Origin: Macrostomum lignano
Lineage: Eukaryota
DNA length: 64,000 nt
NCBI GenBank assembly: GCA_002269645.1
Contig: NIVC01000879.1
Location: 1 to 64,000, forward strand
Reading direction: 5' to 3'
The notes under the pieces are model-generated. The model was not told the DNA's origin and made no database searches. It worked only from the letters and a program-made list of their open reading frames with translations. Positions 47,350 through 60,000 of this stretch are shown piece after piece. The position numbers and the translations under genes are program-made. Each line of letters opens with the position of its first letter. Within the stretch, counting starts at the first letter, position 1.

Positions 47350-50300
47350 ATGAACAAGTGTTTATTAATTTGCATTAAAATTTCAAGAGCGATACCACTT
47401 GTCTTTATTTCCCTTATATTATCTTGGTCATACTATGCCTATGTAGTTGCAATGTGCATATGTAAGTTTCAATTTTGTAGCTTTATTTTTTAATAAATTG
47501 GTTTTTGTTTATATAATAAATTTTATTAAATATAATTTCCAATTATAATTTTAGATGCTATTCCGAGTACAAGTGTTGGTGAAAAAGGTAATTTTGTATA
47601 ATTTTTATCTTAACCTACATGTAATATTAGTTGACAATGTTGATTAACTTATTTCTTTTATACTTTATTTCAGATCAAATTATATATCCCTTTAAAAGAT
47701 AGATATTTTTGTAGACCTTGGATATAATGAATTTATTAAAATGAACTAGCTAAGTTGCTAAATGCTTAGTATACTTTACTTTATTTTAACTATTTTTTAA
47801 ATTGAATTAGAAATTTAGAAGATAATTTGTTATATTTGCAATCTAATCTAATAAACCCATACCTTTTTAGTGGCATTGATTGTTTTCTATCATATATTTT
47901 TTGGAATGTTTGTCTGGGCCTACATTCAGACAATATTGACAAAGCCATCGCTTGTCCCATCTAAGGTAAGTTTTTGTTTGTTGTGTCCTAATATATTGCT
48001 TCAATATATTTTGTTCAATCAATAAAAATATACTCATTGCCTATCCTTTGACCAGTTCAAGCTAAGTCAGACAGACCTAGCCAACATTCAAATAGTTGAA
48101 GGCAATGAATCTGAGTCCAGTTCAAGACGGCAGGATTACCTGCTGGGTGTTATTGCTGAGCGTCACCTTCCTGTGTACACTCGCGGCTCTGGCGGCAGCA
48201 ATGGCGGGAACAGCGGCAGCACCAGCCAAGGCAGATTCATCCGGCTTTGTGACCCCTGCCAGCTCATTAAACCCGATCGGGCACATCACTGCTCCACCTG
48301 CGGAGTGTAAGATTTCCTGAATCTAGATCCCCATCCCAACTCTAGATTCCGATTCCAACTCTAGATCCTGAACAATCCTAACTCTAGATCCCGATCCTAA
48401 CTCTAGATCCCCATCCCAAATCTAGATCCCGATTCCAACTCTAGATCCCGAACAATCCTAACTCTAGATCCCCATCCCAAATCTAGATCCCGATTCCAAC
48501 TCTAGATCCCCATTACAACTCTAGATCCCCATCCCAACTCTAGATCCCCATCCCAACTCTAGATCCCCATTACAACTCTAGATCCCCATTACAACTCTAG
48601 ATCCCCATCCCAACTCTAGATCCCCATTACAACTCTAGATCCCCATCCCAACTCTAGATCCCCATTACAACTCTAGATCCCCATTACAACTCTAGATCCC
48701 CATTACAACTCTAGATCCCCATTACAACTCTAGATCCCCATTACAACTCTAGATCCCCATTATATCTCTAGATCCCCATTACAACTCTAGATCCCCATTA
48801 TATCTCTAGATCCCCATTACAACTCTAGATCCCCATTACAACTCTAGATCCCCATTACAACTCTAGATCCCCATTATATCTCTAGATCCCCATTACAACT
48901 CTAGATCCCCATTATATCTCTAGATCCCCATTACAACTCTAGATCCCCATTATATCTCTAGATCCCATTATATCTCTAGATCCCATTACAACTCTAGATC
49001 CCCATTACAACTCTAGATCCCATTACAACTCTAGATCCCCATTACAACTCTAGATCCCCATTATATCTCTAGATCCCCATCCCAACTCTAGATCCCCATT
49101 ACAACTCTAGATCCCCATTACAACTCTAGATCCCCATTACAACTCTAGATCCCCATTACAACTCTAGATCCCCATTACAACTCTAGATCCCCATTACAAC
49201 TCTAGATCCCCATTACAACTCTAGATCCCCATCCCAACTCTAGATCCCCATCCCAACTCTAGATCCCCATCCCAACTCTAGATCCCCATCCCAACTCTAG
49301 ATCCCCATCCCAACTCTAGATCCCCATTACAACTCTAGATCCCATTACAACTCTAGATCCCCATCCCAACTCTAGATCCCGATCTCAACCCAAGATCCCA
49401 ATCTCGAAGTCCCAATGTCATCTTTAGATCCCGGTTGTCATTACACGAGAGAACATTTGCGCACTCAATGCAGCTGTCTACTAAAAATGGACCACCACTG
49501 TCCCTGGGTGAACAACTGCGTTGGCTTGCATAACTACAAATACTTTCTGCTATTCCTAGTCTACGGAGCTCTGTACTGCTTCTACGTTGGCGGCTCGTCT
49601 GCTAAGTACTTCGTGGCATTTTGGACTGTGAGTTCTGGTTTAAAATAGACCGGTTGTATCTCAGTAAGAATATTATCTAACCCAGTATCTCACTGCAATC
49701 TCATCCAGTATTTAACTGCAATCTCACCCAGTATCTCACAGCAATCTCACCCAGTATCTCACAGCAATCTCACCCAGTATCTCACAGCAATCTCACCCAG
49801 TATCTCAGCAATCTCACCCAGTCTCTCAGAAATCTCACCCAGTCTCTCAGAAATCTCACCCAGGATCTCAGCAATCTCACCCAGGATCTCAGAAATCTCA
49901 CCCAGTCTCTCAGAAATCTCACCCAGGATCTCAGCAATCTCACCCAGTCTCTCAGAAATCTCACCCAGGATCTCAGCAATATCACCCAGGATCTCAGCAA
50001 TCTCACCCAGGATCTCAGCAATCTCACCCAGTATCTCAGCAATCTCACCCAGGATCTCAGCAATCTCACCCAGGATCTCAGAAATCTCACCCAGGATCTC
50101 AGCAATCTCACCTAGTATCTCAGCAATCTCACCCAGTATCTCAGCAATCTCACCCAGTATCTCAGCAATCTCACCCAGTATCTCAGCAATCTCACCTAGT
50201 ATCTCAGCAATCTCACCCAGTCTCTCAGAAATCTCACCCAGTATCTCACTGTCACCACCAGGCCGGCATAGCAGACGTGGAGGCCTACAGATTCCATGTC

Positions 50301-52391
50301 CTATTCGTATTCTTCGTGGCCTGGCTGTTCTCCCTGTCTCTGGTATTCCTGGCCGGCTACCACGCATTCCTGACGCTGCGCAATCGGACCACGCTGGAAA
50401 GCTCGCGAGCTCCCATACTGGAGTCGGGACCGGACTACCGGGCCTTCGATCTTGGATTTAAGCGGAATTTCCGTCAAGTATTCGGCAATCGATGGCAGCT
50501 GTGGCCTCTGCCGGTCAAGTCCTGGTTGGTCGCGGTCTACTTTTAGCTGAACTCGCTCTAATGCCTTTGAGACTAATCCTCTAATCCCTTTGAGACTAAT
50601 CCTCTAATCCCATTGATAATAATCATCTAATCCCATTGAGAATAATCATCTAATCCCATTGAAAATAATCATCTAATCCTATTGAGAATAATCCTCTAAT
50701 CCCATTGATAATAATCATCTAATCCCATTGAGAATAATCCTCTAATCCCATTGATAATAATCATCTAATCCCATTGAGAATAATTATCTAATCCCATTGA
50801 GAATAATCATCTAATCCCATTGAGAATAATCATCTAATCCTATTGAGAATAATCATCTAATCCCATTGATAATAATCATCTAATCCCATTGAGAATAATC
50901 ATCTAATCCCATTGAGAATAATCATCTAATCCCATTGAGAATAATCCTCTAATCCCATTGAGAATGATCCTCTAATCCCATTGAGAATAATCCTCTAATC
51001 GCATTGAGAATAATCCTCTAATCCCATTGAGAATAATACTCTAATCGCATTGAGACTAATCATCTAACCCCATTGAGAACAATCCTCTAATCCCTTTGAG
51101 ACTAATCATCTAATCCCATTGAGAACAATCCTCTAATCCCTTTGAGACTAATCATCTAATCCCATTGAGAACAGTCCTCTAATCTCTTTGAGACTAATCA
51201 TCTAATCCCATTGAGAATAACCCTCTAATCCCTTTGAGAATAATCCTCTAATCCCATTGAGAATAATCCTCTAATCCCATCGAGATTCATCCTGTAGTCC
51301 CATCGAGATTCATCCTGTAATTCATAATCGAATCCTTTAGTCTTACATATAGAAATGGTATTAAATAATATTTTTCCCTAATTATCATATATTAAACTGT
51401 ACTTTGCAGGCTGGCTGACGGTGTGAACTGGGAGCAGCGCATCGGCTCTCCCTCCTGGGATCAGCGGCCCCCCAGTGCCGTCAGCGCTAAGTAAGCATCC
51501 TGCCGTCTCTGTACTTCTCAAACTAAGTTATATGATGTACTAAAAATTTACATCATCTTGCTGACCCCTTCAACGCGATGGGATAATTCTTTGGGATGAA
51601 AATGTGTGATTTTCTACTATATCTACTACTCTTTCTACTTTAAGTAGGACGGCGGGCGCCACTTCTCGCAATCTTTTGTCAGAAAATAGAGATGTCCATT
51701 TAGTTATGATGCACTGCAGTTCGGCCTGATGACATCTACATCCGCCTGCCAGCCATGCCTCCCAATGAATAGGGATTCTATACAGTCCTGCCACACAATG
51801 CAGGCTATTTAATAATGTTTGGAATGATGGAGACTTCCTTCCGTAATACAGTCTGTGTGTTGAAGAGTTGATTAAATCTCATTTTGACTTGAGACTTTAA
51901 TGTGAAGCTTTTAATTTCATTGTTATGATTCATATTGCTGTCCACGCGTTGCTGGGTTCATGCGTGTGTTTATCAGCTAGCCAGTCATTCAGTGCTGGGT
52001 TTATGCGTGTGTTTATCAGCTAGCCAATCATTCAGTGCTGGGTTTATGCTTGTGTTTATCAGCTAGCCAGTCATTCAGTGCTGGGTTTATTCGTGTGTTT
52101 ATCAGCTAGCCAGTCATTCAGTGCTGGGTTTATTCGTGTGTTTATCAGCTAGCCAGTCATTCAGTGCTGGGTTTATTCGTGTGTTTATCAGCTAGCCAGT
52201 CATTCAGTGCTGGGTTTATTCGTGTGTTTATCAGCTAGCCAGTCATTCAGTGCTGGGTTTATGTGTGTGTTTATCAGCTACAAACAAACAATATTTTATC
52301 CGGACTTTCCAGCCCCATTCTTCTGCGTCCGGAAGAGAATTATCGGCCTCACGACGCAGACATCGAGGCCAACGGCAGAGCTCCCGTCTGA
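47350..52391 (+). CDS. ZDHHC2: DHHC palmitoyltransferase, ZDHHC2/15/20 subfamily, 8 exons (~355 aa; ~330 aa if the last intron is read through)
   Basis: Exons 47350-47461, 47555-47587, 47871-47965, 48056-48306, 49474-49627, 50262-50524, 51410-51490 (or to TAA 51494), 52313-52391. Motifs [62 protein letters not shown] and [14 protein letters not shown]. Confidence 0.92.
48320..49420. repeat. 19-bp minisatellite in ZDHHC intron 4, ~57 copies
   Basis: Unit TAGATCCCCATTACAACTC. Confidence 0.97.
49680..50250. repeat. 21-bp minisatellite in ZDHHC intron 5
   Basis: Unit CAGCAATCTCACCCAG(G/T)ATCT. Confidence 0.97.
50560..51300. repeat. 23-bp minisatellite in ZDHHC intron 6
   Basis: Unit CTAATCCCATTGAGAATAATCAT. 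Confidence 0.97.
51950..52280. repeat. 43-bp minisatellite in ZDHHC last intron, ~7.5 copies
   Basis: Unit CAGTGCTGGGTTTATTCGTGTGTTTATCAGCTAGCCAGTCATT. Confidence 0.95.
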
Positions 52392-53252
52392 GGCAGCCGT
52401 TGTTTCTTTTTTCTGCTTTTTCCCAATGCGGACTTTCTTTGACCAGGTGTTAATTTTGAAGCTTGCTATAGAAAATCTTTATTATTGAAATCTTTTTGTC
52501 GTCCGCCCAATTGTCTTCTTATCTGTGTCTGTTGTAATCCGACCAAATTAATTATTCTGCGATATTTACAATCTTTTTAAGCCTACTTTAAGTAGCCAAG
52601 ATATACACAAAGAATGCACAATTTATTGATTAAACAATTAAGAAATAGATAAGCAATATTAATCTTGCGTGTATTTTTTTAGAAAAAGAAAACCATACGA
52701 AATCATCACGCGTCGGGCTCAGACAACCGTCTTATTTTTTCAAGCGTTCTGGACAGCCGCATAAATAAGTGCAAATCTTGCAAAGTGCGGGGTCGTTTAC
52801 AGAACAGGTGCTCAAACACTTGATGCTCCTATCAGTAATGTTTTTGGGGGATTTTTGAAGGCATTGCGAGGTGTGACTCTGAGATTCACAGGATTCACCA
52901 ACCTGAAAATCCATGAACCTTAATGTACCTGTCAATTGGGTTGCCTCAAAGTTTTACCACTGACAATGTTAATTAGACAGGAATAGTCCAAATCTTTGAA
53001 ATTTAGACCGAACAACATATCATATTCAACATATTTGCACAATTTAGAAGCGTTGAATTTACTACGGTCTCTCGCAATCACGCAGCGCACGAGGTTCAAC
53101 TTGGGGGGTCAAGGACAACTAAAACTCAAAATAAAAGACTTTGATACAACCATATAAATTCCTGTGGTCTTTTAGAAGCACTTGTTTTAATCACAGCATA
53201 CTCGAGCTACCGCAGGCAGACTGGGGTCACGGCTCCCTCCCAGTCGCGCACT

Positions 53253-54616
53253 CTACTTGATGCGGCTGCTCCGCCGACTGCCGCCTTTGTCGACGCTCAG
53301 TCTGGCGCCGGAGTTGGAGACTCGCCGGCTCGACAGCGAGCCGCCATTGTTCGCCTTGTCAGCTGGGCCGCTTGAAGCCGCCTTGCCGCTGCCTCCGGCG
53401 GTGGTTGATAGCCGCTTGGCGCCTCGCTTGGGACCGCTGGAGTTCAGCCGCTCTGCGAAATGGTCTCTGAATAAAGGATTCACCAACCTCAGACTCCGGA
53501 TTCACCAACCTCAGACTCAGGATTCACCAACCTCAGACTCAGGATTCACCAACCTCAGACTCAGGGTTCACCAACCTCAGACTCAGGATTCACCAATCTC
53601 AGACTCAGGATTCACCAACCTCGAGCAATCCTGAGCAATAACAATTCACATCAGACTTTGTGAAACTCGGGGAAGTTTCACAATTCACCGATTCCCGGAA
53701 ACTCACTGATAAAGCTGTCATCATCCTCGAGCTGATCCAGCAGTGGCATGTACAGACGCTCCTCAGCGCCTTCGCTGGATGTCATCTCTACAATACAGTA
53801 AAATACAGTAAAATACAGTAAAATACAATGGGCAACAAGAAATCTCTTAATGAAAATCAAAACTGTCACTCACTGATCTCCTTGACCAAGATGAGGCTCT
53901 CCCGGTCTCTGAACACGATCTCTGGATCTTCGTCCAGTCGTTTGCTGATCCGTTTAACATTTCCGTCCTCGTCTGAGAGATCCAGCACATCTGCATTGGA
54001 TAGGGGAAATTCAATTTCGGAATTGAAGGCTTCATCCGCTAGTTCCCAGACAACTATAAACAGTCACAGCCTTGTACGAACGGAGATGTCTCCTGCCAAC
54101 CACAGCCTCTCATATGTACATCATCATCAATCAATCTCATCAATCACATAGCGTCAGCTGTCTCACCGTCTTCGGAGCAGCCGCATCGTTCACGAATATT
54201 GGCTAAAAGTGCCTGTGCCAAGCATTTGGGGTTGAACAGCTGTTGCTTGTTGTCTGCAATATTTATTACGGTTGAAACAATTATTTAGGGCAGGGACAAG
54301 TCAAGCTTTCAATGTTCCACGTGTCTCTAAGGTTTTTGGGCGCCATTTTCGAGCGTTTAGGGTGCCAGTTTGAGTTTTGAGTGTTTAGAGGTGTCAGTTT
54401 TAACTGTTTAAAGGCGCAAGTTTCGAGTGTTTAGAGTGCCAGTTTCGAGTGTTTAGAGTGCCAGTTTGAGTTTTGAGTGTTTAAAGTGCCAGTTTTTGTG
54501 TGCAGGGGTGTCAAATTAGAGCGTTTAGAGGCCTCGTATTTGACTGCTATCAATATAATTCAAAAGTTGCAACAATGCCAATGAGCCTCACCTCCGTATT
54601 TCACCACAATGAACAT
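53253..54616 (-). CDS. CXorf65: CXorf65/C22orf15-like small protein, 5 exons, 169 aa
   Basis: Exons 54616-54592, 54253-54167, 53990-53874, 53787-53707, 53452-53253 (510 nt). MFIVVKYGDNKQQLFNPKC...IRERCG...LDLSDEDGNVK...YMPLL matches the family N-terminus (MFI.VK.G.N....N..C, IDL.DE.G); basic disordered tail. Confidence 0.8.
53475..53625. repeat. 22-bp minisatellite in CXorf65-like intron 4
   Basis: Unit GGATTCACCAACCTCAGACTCA. Confidence 0.93.
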
Positions 54617-55587
54617 CGCGCTTGATGGCAGCTGCTTCAGTAATTAAGTTGAATTAACTTTATTAGGCAAGAATTCGATTGTTGCACCTGGGATACAGCA
54701 GTTTAGTAAATGCTATTTGCAATTAAACACTGTGAATGTATTGCTTTAGCCTCAGTGCTTGGTTGAGTACAGATCAGACAGCAGCTGCAGAAGCAGATTA
54801 GATAAAAAACTCAATGCAAGGCGACTAAAAGCAGCGACTGAGAGACGAAATTAATAAAAGCAAAGGGGAGGCAGAATAACAGCTTCTGGTTGCGTGTTTG
54901 GGTGTGAGCCAGAGACTCAGGGGGTGGCCTGTCCGAAGTTTGGCAATTAAACAGGGCTGTTTGGACACTTTTAACAATGTATGCTGTGTGTGTTACATGC
55001 GCTGCCAACTGTTGCTCTAGCCTGCACCGGAGCCAAGTCTTCTCCACCTACGATTTTTAATATGCCACGCACTGCCAGGTACAACGCGCATAGGTGCTCA
55101 TTCTCCCCACCCAATTCCTATCTCTCACGGCCATCACCTACCCTATCCTATCGCGCTTACAGACCCGGCTACAGCAGAGCGAGAGAGAGAGAGGTGGGAA
55201 GAGGAAGAGGAAGTCAGTCCTCAGGTTGCCATGACGACTGTGAGCCGCCGGTCCACCTCTTCTCTTCTCTACCTCTCCAAATGCCTTCCTGACTCCAGAA
55301 TATGCCGGAGCCAATGCTGCCTTTTTTACATTCTCCTCCCGCTCATCATGCTGCAATGCTCACTCACTACCTGCTGTTCTACACTTTGCTGCCGGCTGAA
55401 TTCACCGACTGCTGCCGCTCTGGGTTGCCTCCCAGCAGTGCAGCAGCCGCCGTTTCTGCGTACAAAGCATTTCTCTCTTTCCTTTGTCCCGCCTTTCCGA
55501 TTAACCTAAAGTCGCTGCGTTTCCGCGGTAGCGGGCCAGGGCTACAGAATCTCTTTCTGGGAACTTTCTCGGCTCCTTGGATCAGCC

Positions 55588-55770
<183 letters not shown>

Positions 55771-55835
55771 GCTGTCTTTGAATTTTTTTAAATAGCTTTT
55801 TTTGCACTTTTCGTTGTTAATACTCGTAAATAGTT

Positions 55836-55882
55836 AAAACCCTGACGAAGGCCGCCTAGCCTAGGCCGAAATATCGATTCCA
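55836..55882 (+). ncRNA. Minimal type-I hammerhead ribozyme motif of the Penelope-like-element kind (possibly decayed)
   Basis: CTGACGA (55842-55848) A GGCC-gcctagccta-GGCC GAAA (55868-55871) T ATC. Stem II is intact, stem III is the palindrome ATAT, the putative cleavage triplet is AUC, and stem I is only partly paired. Confidence 0.55.
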
Positions 55883-55927
55883 AGAAACCTAGTCGAACTG
55901 TGTGCGTGAATTTTTCCTTTGTTTTCA

Positions 55928-56236
<309 letters not shown>

Positions 56237-57089
56237 AAGGATCTTTTATTTGATTGTGGCAGCTCCGACGCATTTCTGCACTTGCTGGCGGACAGCATGC
56301 ACCTTTTAATTGAGTTTTATTTAGAAAAACAATCAGCAGAAGCTAAGTTTTTTGACATAAGCGCACAAAAACATTCCCAGAAAATCTGCTTGCGCAGCAG
56401 AATTCTGATCTGGTGCAACAGCTGGGCCTGCGCGACTTCAGTCTGGGCTGATTAAATGATCGGTGCGGGGCAACCCAGCTGTCCTGCACCCGACTGCAGC
56501 CAAATAAACGAGCCATTCACCCACAGATTGCGGGCGGCTCGCGCAAGAACCTGCAGTGACGGAGGGCGGATCAGCGTGAGGGCGCTGAGCATTCCAGCGA
56601 GTGCTGACTTCAGCACAGTCAGCAATTAATCGTCTTTGCTCGATCCCCAAAGAATTGAATCGCGCCGTCTGTTGCCACCGCGGATTAGCCGGCCAGGGAG
56701 CTCAAAGTCCGCCCCCGTGCTCAGTTGGAGGATCAAGGATAATCCTTGGTGGCACAGGTGCGCTTGCCAAAATTGGGGACAACATCCAGTGCTAGTTAAA
56801 TTGAATTGACTAATCTGCATTGGCGACCAGAATTAAGTCCTTGGTCTTTAGCTGAGGGTATTTAAACCAGCAAAACTCGCGCCTCAGAAATCAGCTTTAA
56901 GCTTTTCCCCCCAAGAATCCCAGATTCCAAGCATTCAGTCTTGTCTCTCACTGCAGAGGCACCGCTTCTCTCTGCCTCTGTGTCCTCTGTGATAATCTCA
57001 AGCAAAACTTCTCCTTCTAGAAGGAAAGCAAAAACAGTGAACAGATACTGCAACAGAATCTACGGCAAGCCAATTGCAGACTGTTAGAG

Positions 57090-60000
57090 ATGATCTCTAA
57101 CCAGCGTTTGACTCTGCCGTCAGCTTCTGCTGGCTTCGGTCTTCTGCTTCTGGCGCTGCTGGTGCTGCAGCAGCTCGGCTCCGCCAGCTCCACTGCCGCC
57201 GACGTTAAGCTCAAGGAGACTCCCATGTGAGTTGCCATGCTCAGGAGTGTGAGGATAGAAGACGAAGATAGAACATGAAGATAGAACATGGCGATAGAAC
57301 ACGAAGGTAGAACATGAAGATAGAACGTGAAGAAAGAACGTGAAGAAGATAGAACGTGAAGAAAGAACGTGAAGAAGATAGAACATGAAGATAGAACGCG
57401 AAGATAGAACATGGCGATAGAACACGAAGGTAGAACATGAAGATAGAACGTGAAGAAATAACGTGAAGAAGATAGAACGTGAAGAAATAACGTGAAGAAG
57501 ATAGAACATGAAGATAGAACGTGAAGATAGAACGTGAAGATAGAACGTGAAGATAGAACATGAAGATAGAACACGAAGATAGAACACGAAGATAGAACAT
57601 GGCGATAGAACATGAAGATAGAACACGAAGATAGAACACGAATATAGAACACGAAGATAGAAAACGAAGATAGAACACGAAGATAGAACATGAAGATAGA
57701 TCATGAAGATAGAATGCAAAGATAGAGTATCTCGGACCCGCACACCGGGACATCAGGTTGAAAATCAGAACGCGTGTCAAAGATTGACATGACAGCGAAG
57801 ATCTTATCGCGCCTTCTTCCTCCCTCGCTTCCAGCACGGGCCGCTCTGGCTGGTGCATTGTCACTCTGCAGCGCCGCGAGGAGAAGAACTCGTCCTGCGG
57901 CAACATGGTGGAGATGACCATGGAGGGCCTGACCATCGACAAGTCCTCGGTGCCCATCCTGACCGACGCCGCGCTGGCCAACCGGACGACACACGAGAAA
58001 CGGCAGCTATCATTGCAGACCTACATTCGCGACTTCGCTTATAGCAAGGCCACGCCGAACTGCACGTTCTATAAGTGAGCGAAAATTTTTCTACTGGCTA
58101 CTGGTAGTAGAGGAATTAGAGAGGACAGTTTAAACTGAAGCTCAAGTAGAGACAGGAGTTCCAATTTGCACTTTACGATTTGAACAACCAAAAAAACTGG
58201 CTGAAATCTACGGGTCTACATGCCAATGGTCTTTTAGTTAACAACTGTGTCTAACATGTTCACACCCTGTCTAACAGTTTACACGCCTGTCTAATAACAG
58301 TACACACCCCTGTCTAACAGTTTACACGCCTGTCTTACAGCTCACACCCCTGTCTAATAGTTCACAACCGTGTCTAACATGTTTACACCCCTGTCTAACA
58401 GTTTACACCCCTGTCTAACATGTTCACACCCTGTCTAACAGTTTACACTCCTGTCTAGCAGCTCAAAACCCTGTCTAACATTTTCAAACCCCTGTCTAAC
58501 AGTTCACACCCTTTCTAACAGTTTACACGCCTGTCTAACAGTTCACACCCTGTCTAATAGTTCACAATCGTGTCTAACAGTTCACACCCCTATCTAACAT
58601 GTTCACACCCCTGTCTAACATGTTCACAGCCCTGTCTAACATGTTTACAGCCCTGTCTAACAGTTTACACTCCTTAATAGTTCAAACCCCTGTCTAACAG
58701 TTTACACCCCTGTCTAACAGCTCACACGCCTGTCCACGATCCTGTTCAACAGTGAACCACAGTCTAGCCCAGCAAAGCCCTCTTCACACCCCTTCTCACC
58801 ACCACCCAGGCTGACCAACATCGAGAAGACGCAGTGCTGCGTTGGCTACGATGGCAGCAACTGCCAGACGGTTGTCTGCTTCGTCGATCGCGGCGGCTGC
58901 CTAAACGGCGGCAAGTGCGTCAAGCCCAACGTTTGCCAGTGCGCCACCAACTACCTGGGCACAAACTGCGATGAGGACCTCAACGGTGAGTACTGTTAGA
59001 ACTCTCATGGGCGGGAACATGCAAGCAAACTTTGCTGTTGGATTAACAGTATCTCAACTCTGGACTTCCGGATGGCAAATGAAGCAATTTTGTCAATTTC
59101 GCCAGAACTTTGCTGGCTGGCTGGACACCGGTAGCATTTCTGATAATTATGAAAAATTTTGAGTGCATCTCGGACTCAGTTTTATGTACACTTGCTTCAT
59201 TTGCAATTCGGAAGTCCAGAAGCTGAGATATTGTGAATAAGGTACTAAAAATATCTACAAGTAGTACATTTTCAGCGAAAATCATGGATACCATTACAAC
59301 TAGCTCGTAGATGGGCCACTCAGCACATTTGCGGATAGGCTACTTTAAGTAGAAAGATAAATCTATAAGCATTTTAATGTCTTTTAGAACAAGACTCGCC
59401 TATTTGGCCCTCTCCTCACCCGCTCTGGCCGCGTCTTTCCGCACAAAATCTCTACCCCATCGCCCCCCAATTTTTATTGCCTCCCTCGGCCTTCCCGCCC
59501 AAAGCTGCCTGCCTGCCATGTACATTATATACGCTCGTTTATTGGCCCTCTCACCCCTTTACAGCTGAACCCCTCCGGCCGCGTCTTTCCGCACAAAATC
59601 TCTACCCCCGGCCCGCCCCCCCCCCCTGATTTTTCTTGCCATTCTCGATGTCCAGCTTAAAATTTCGCCTGTCATGTACATTCTTAGTTACGCTGGCTAA
59701 TGTACATTACTGCTGCACCATTAGCCAGTTGTTTACGTCTGCAAGCTTGGCTTATAAATTTATCGAGTCATTTTAACAGTCTTTTTATTAAATAAATAGC
59801 TTCTGTATTCTTCCTTGCTACAAGTGAAACTTCTTTATTAAGCATATGTAGTGGCTCATCTAGCTATTCTAGTACATGTATCTGCAGAGTATTCTCGTAT
59901 TCTGTGAGTAATGGAAAGCCTGAAAGCCTGAACGATTTCAAACTCACATTTACATGTAGTGCAAATGTTGTAATGATACTCTCAATTCAGTAGTACGTAA

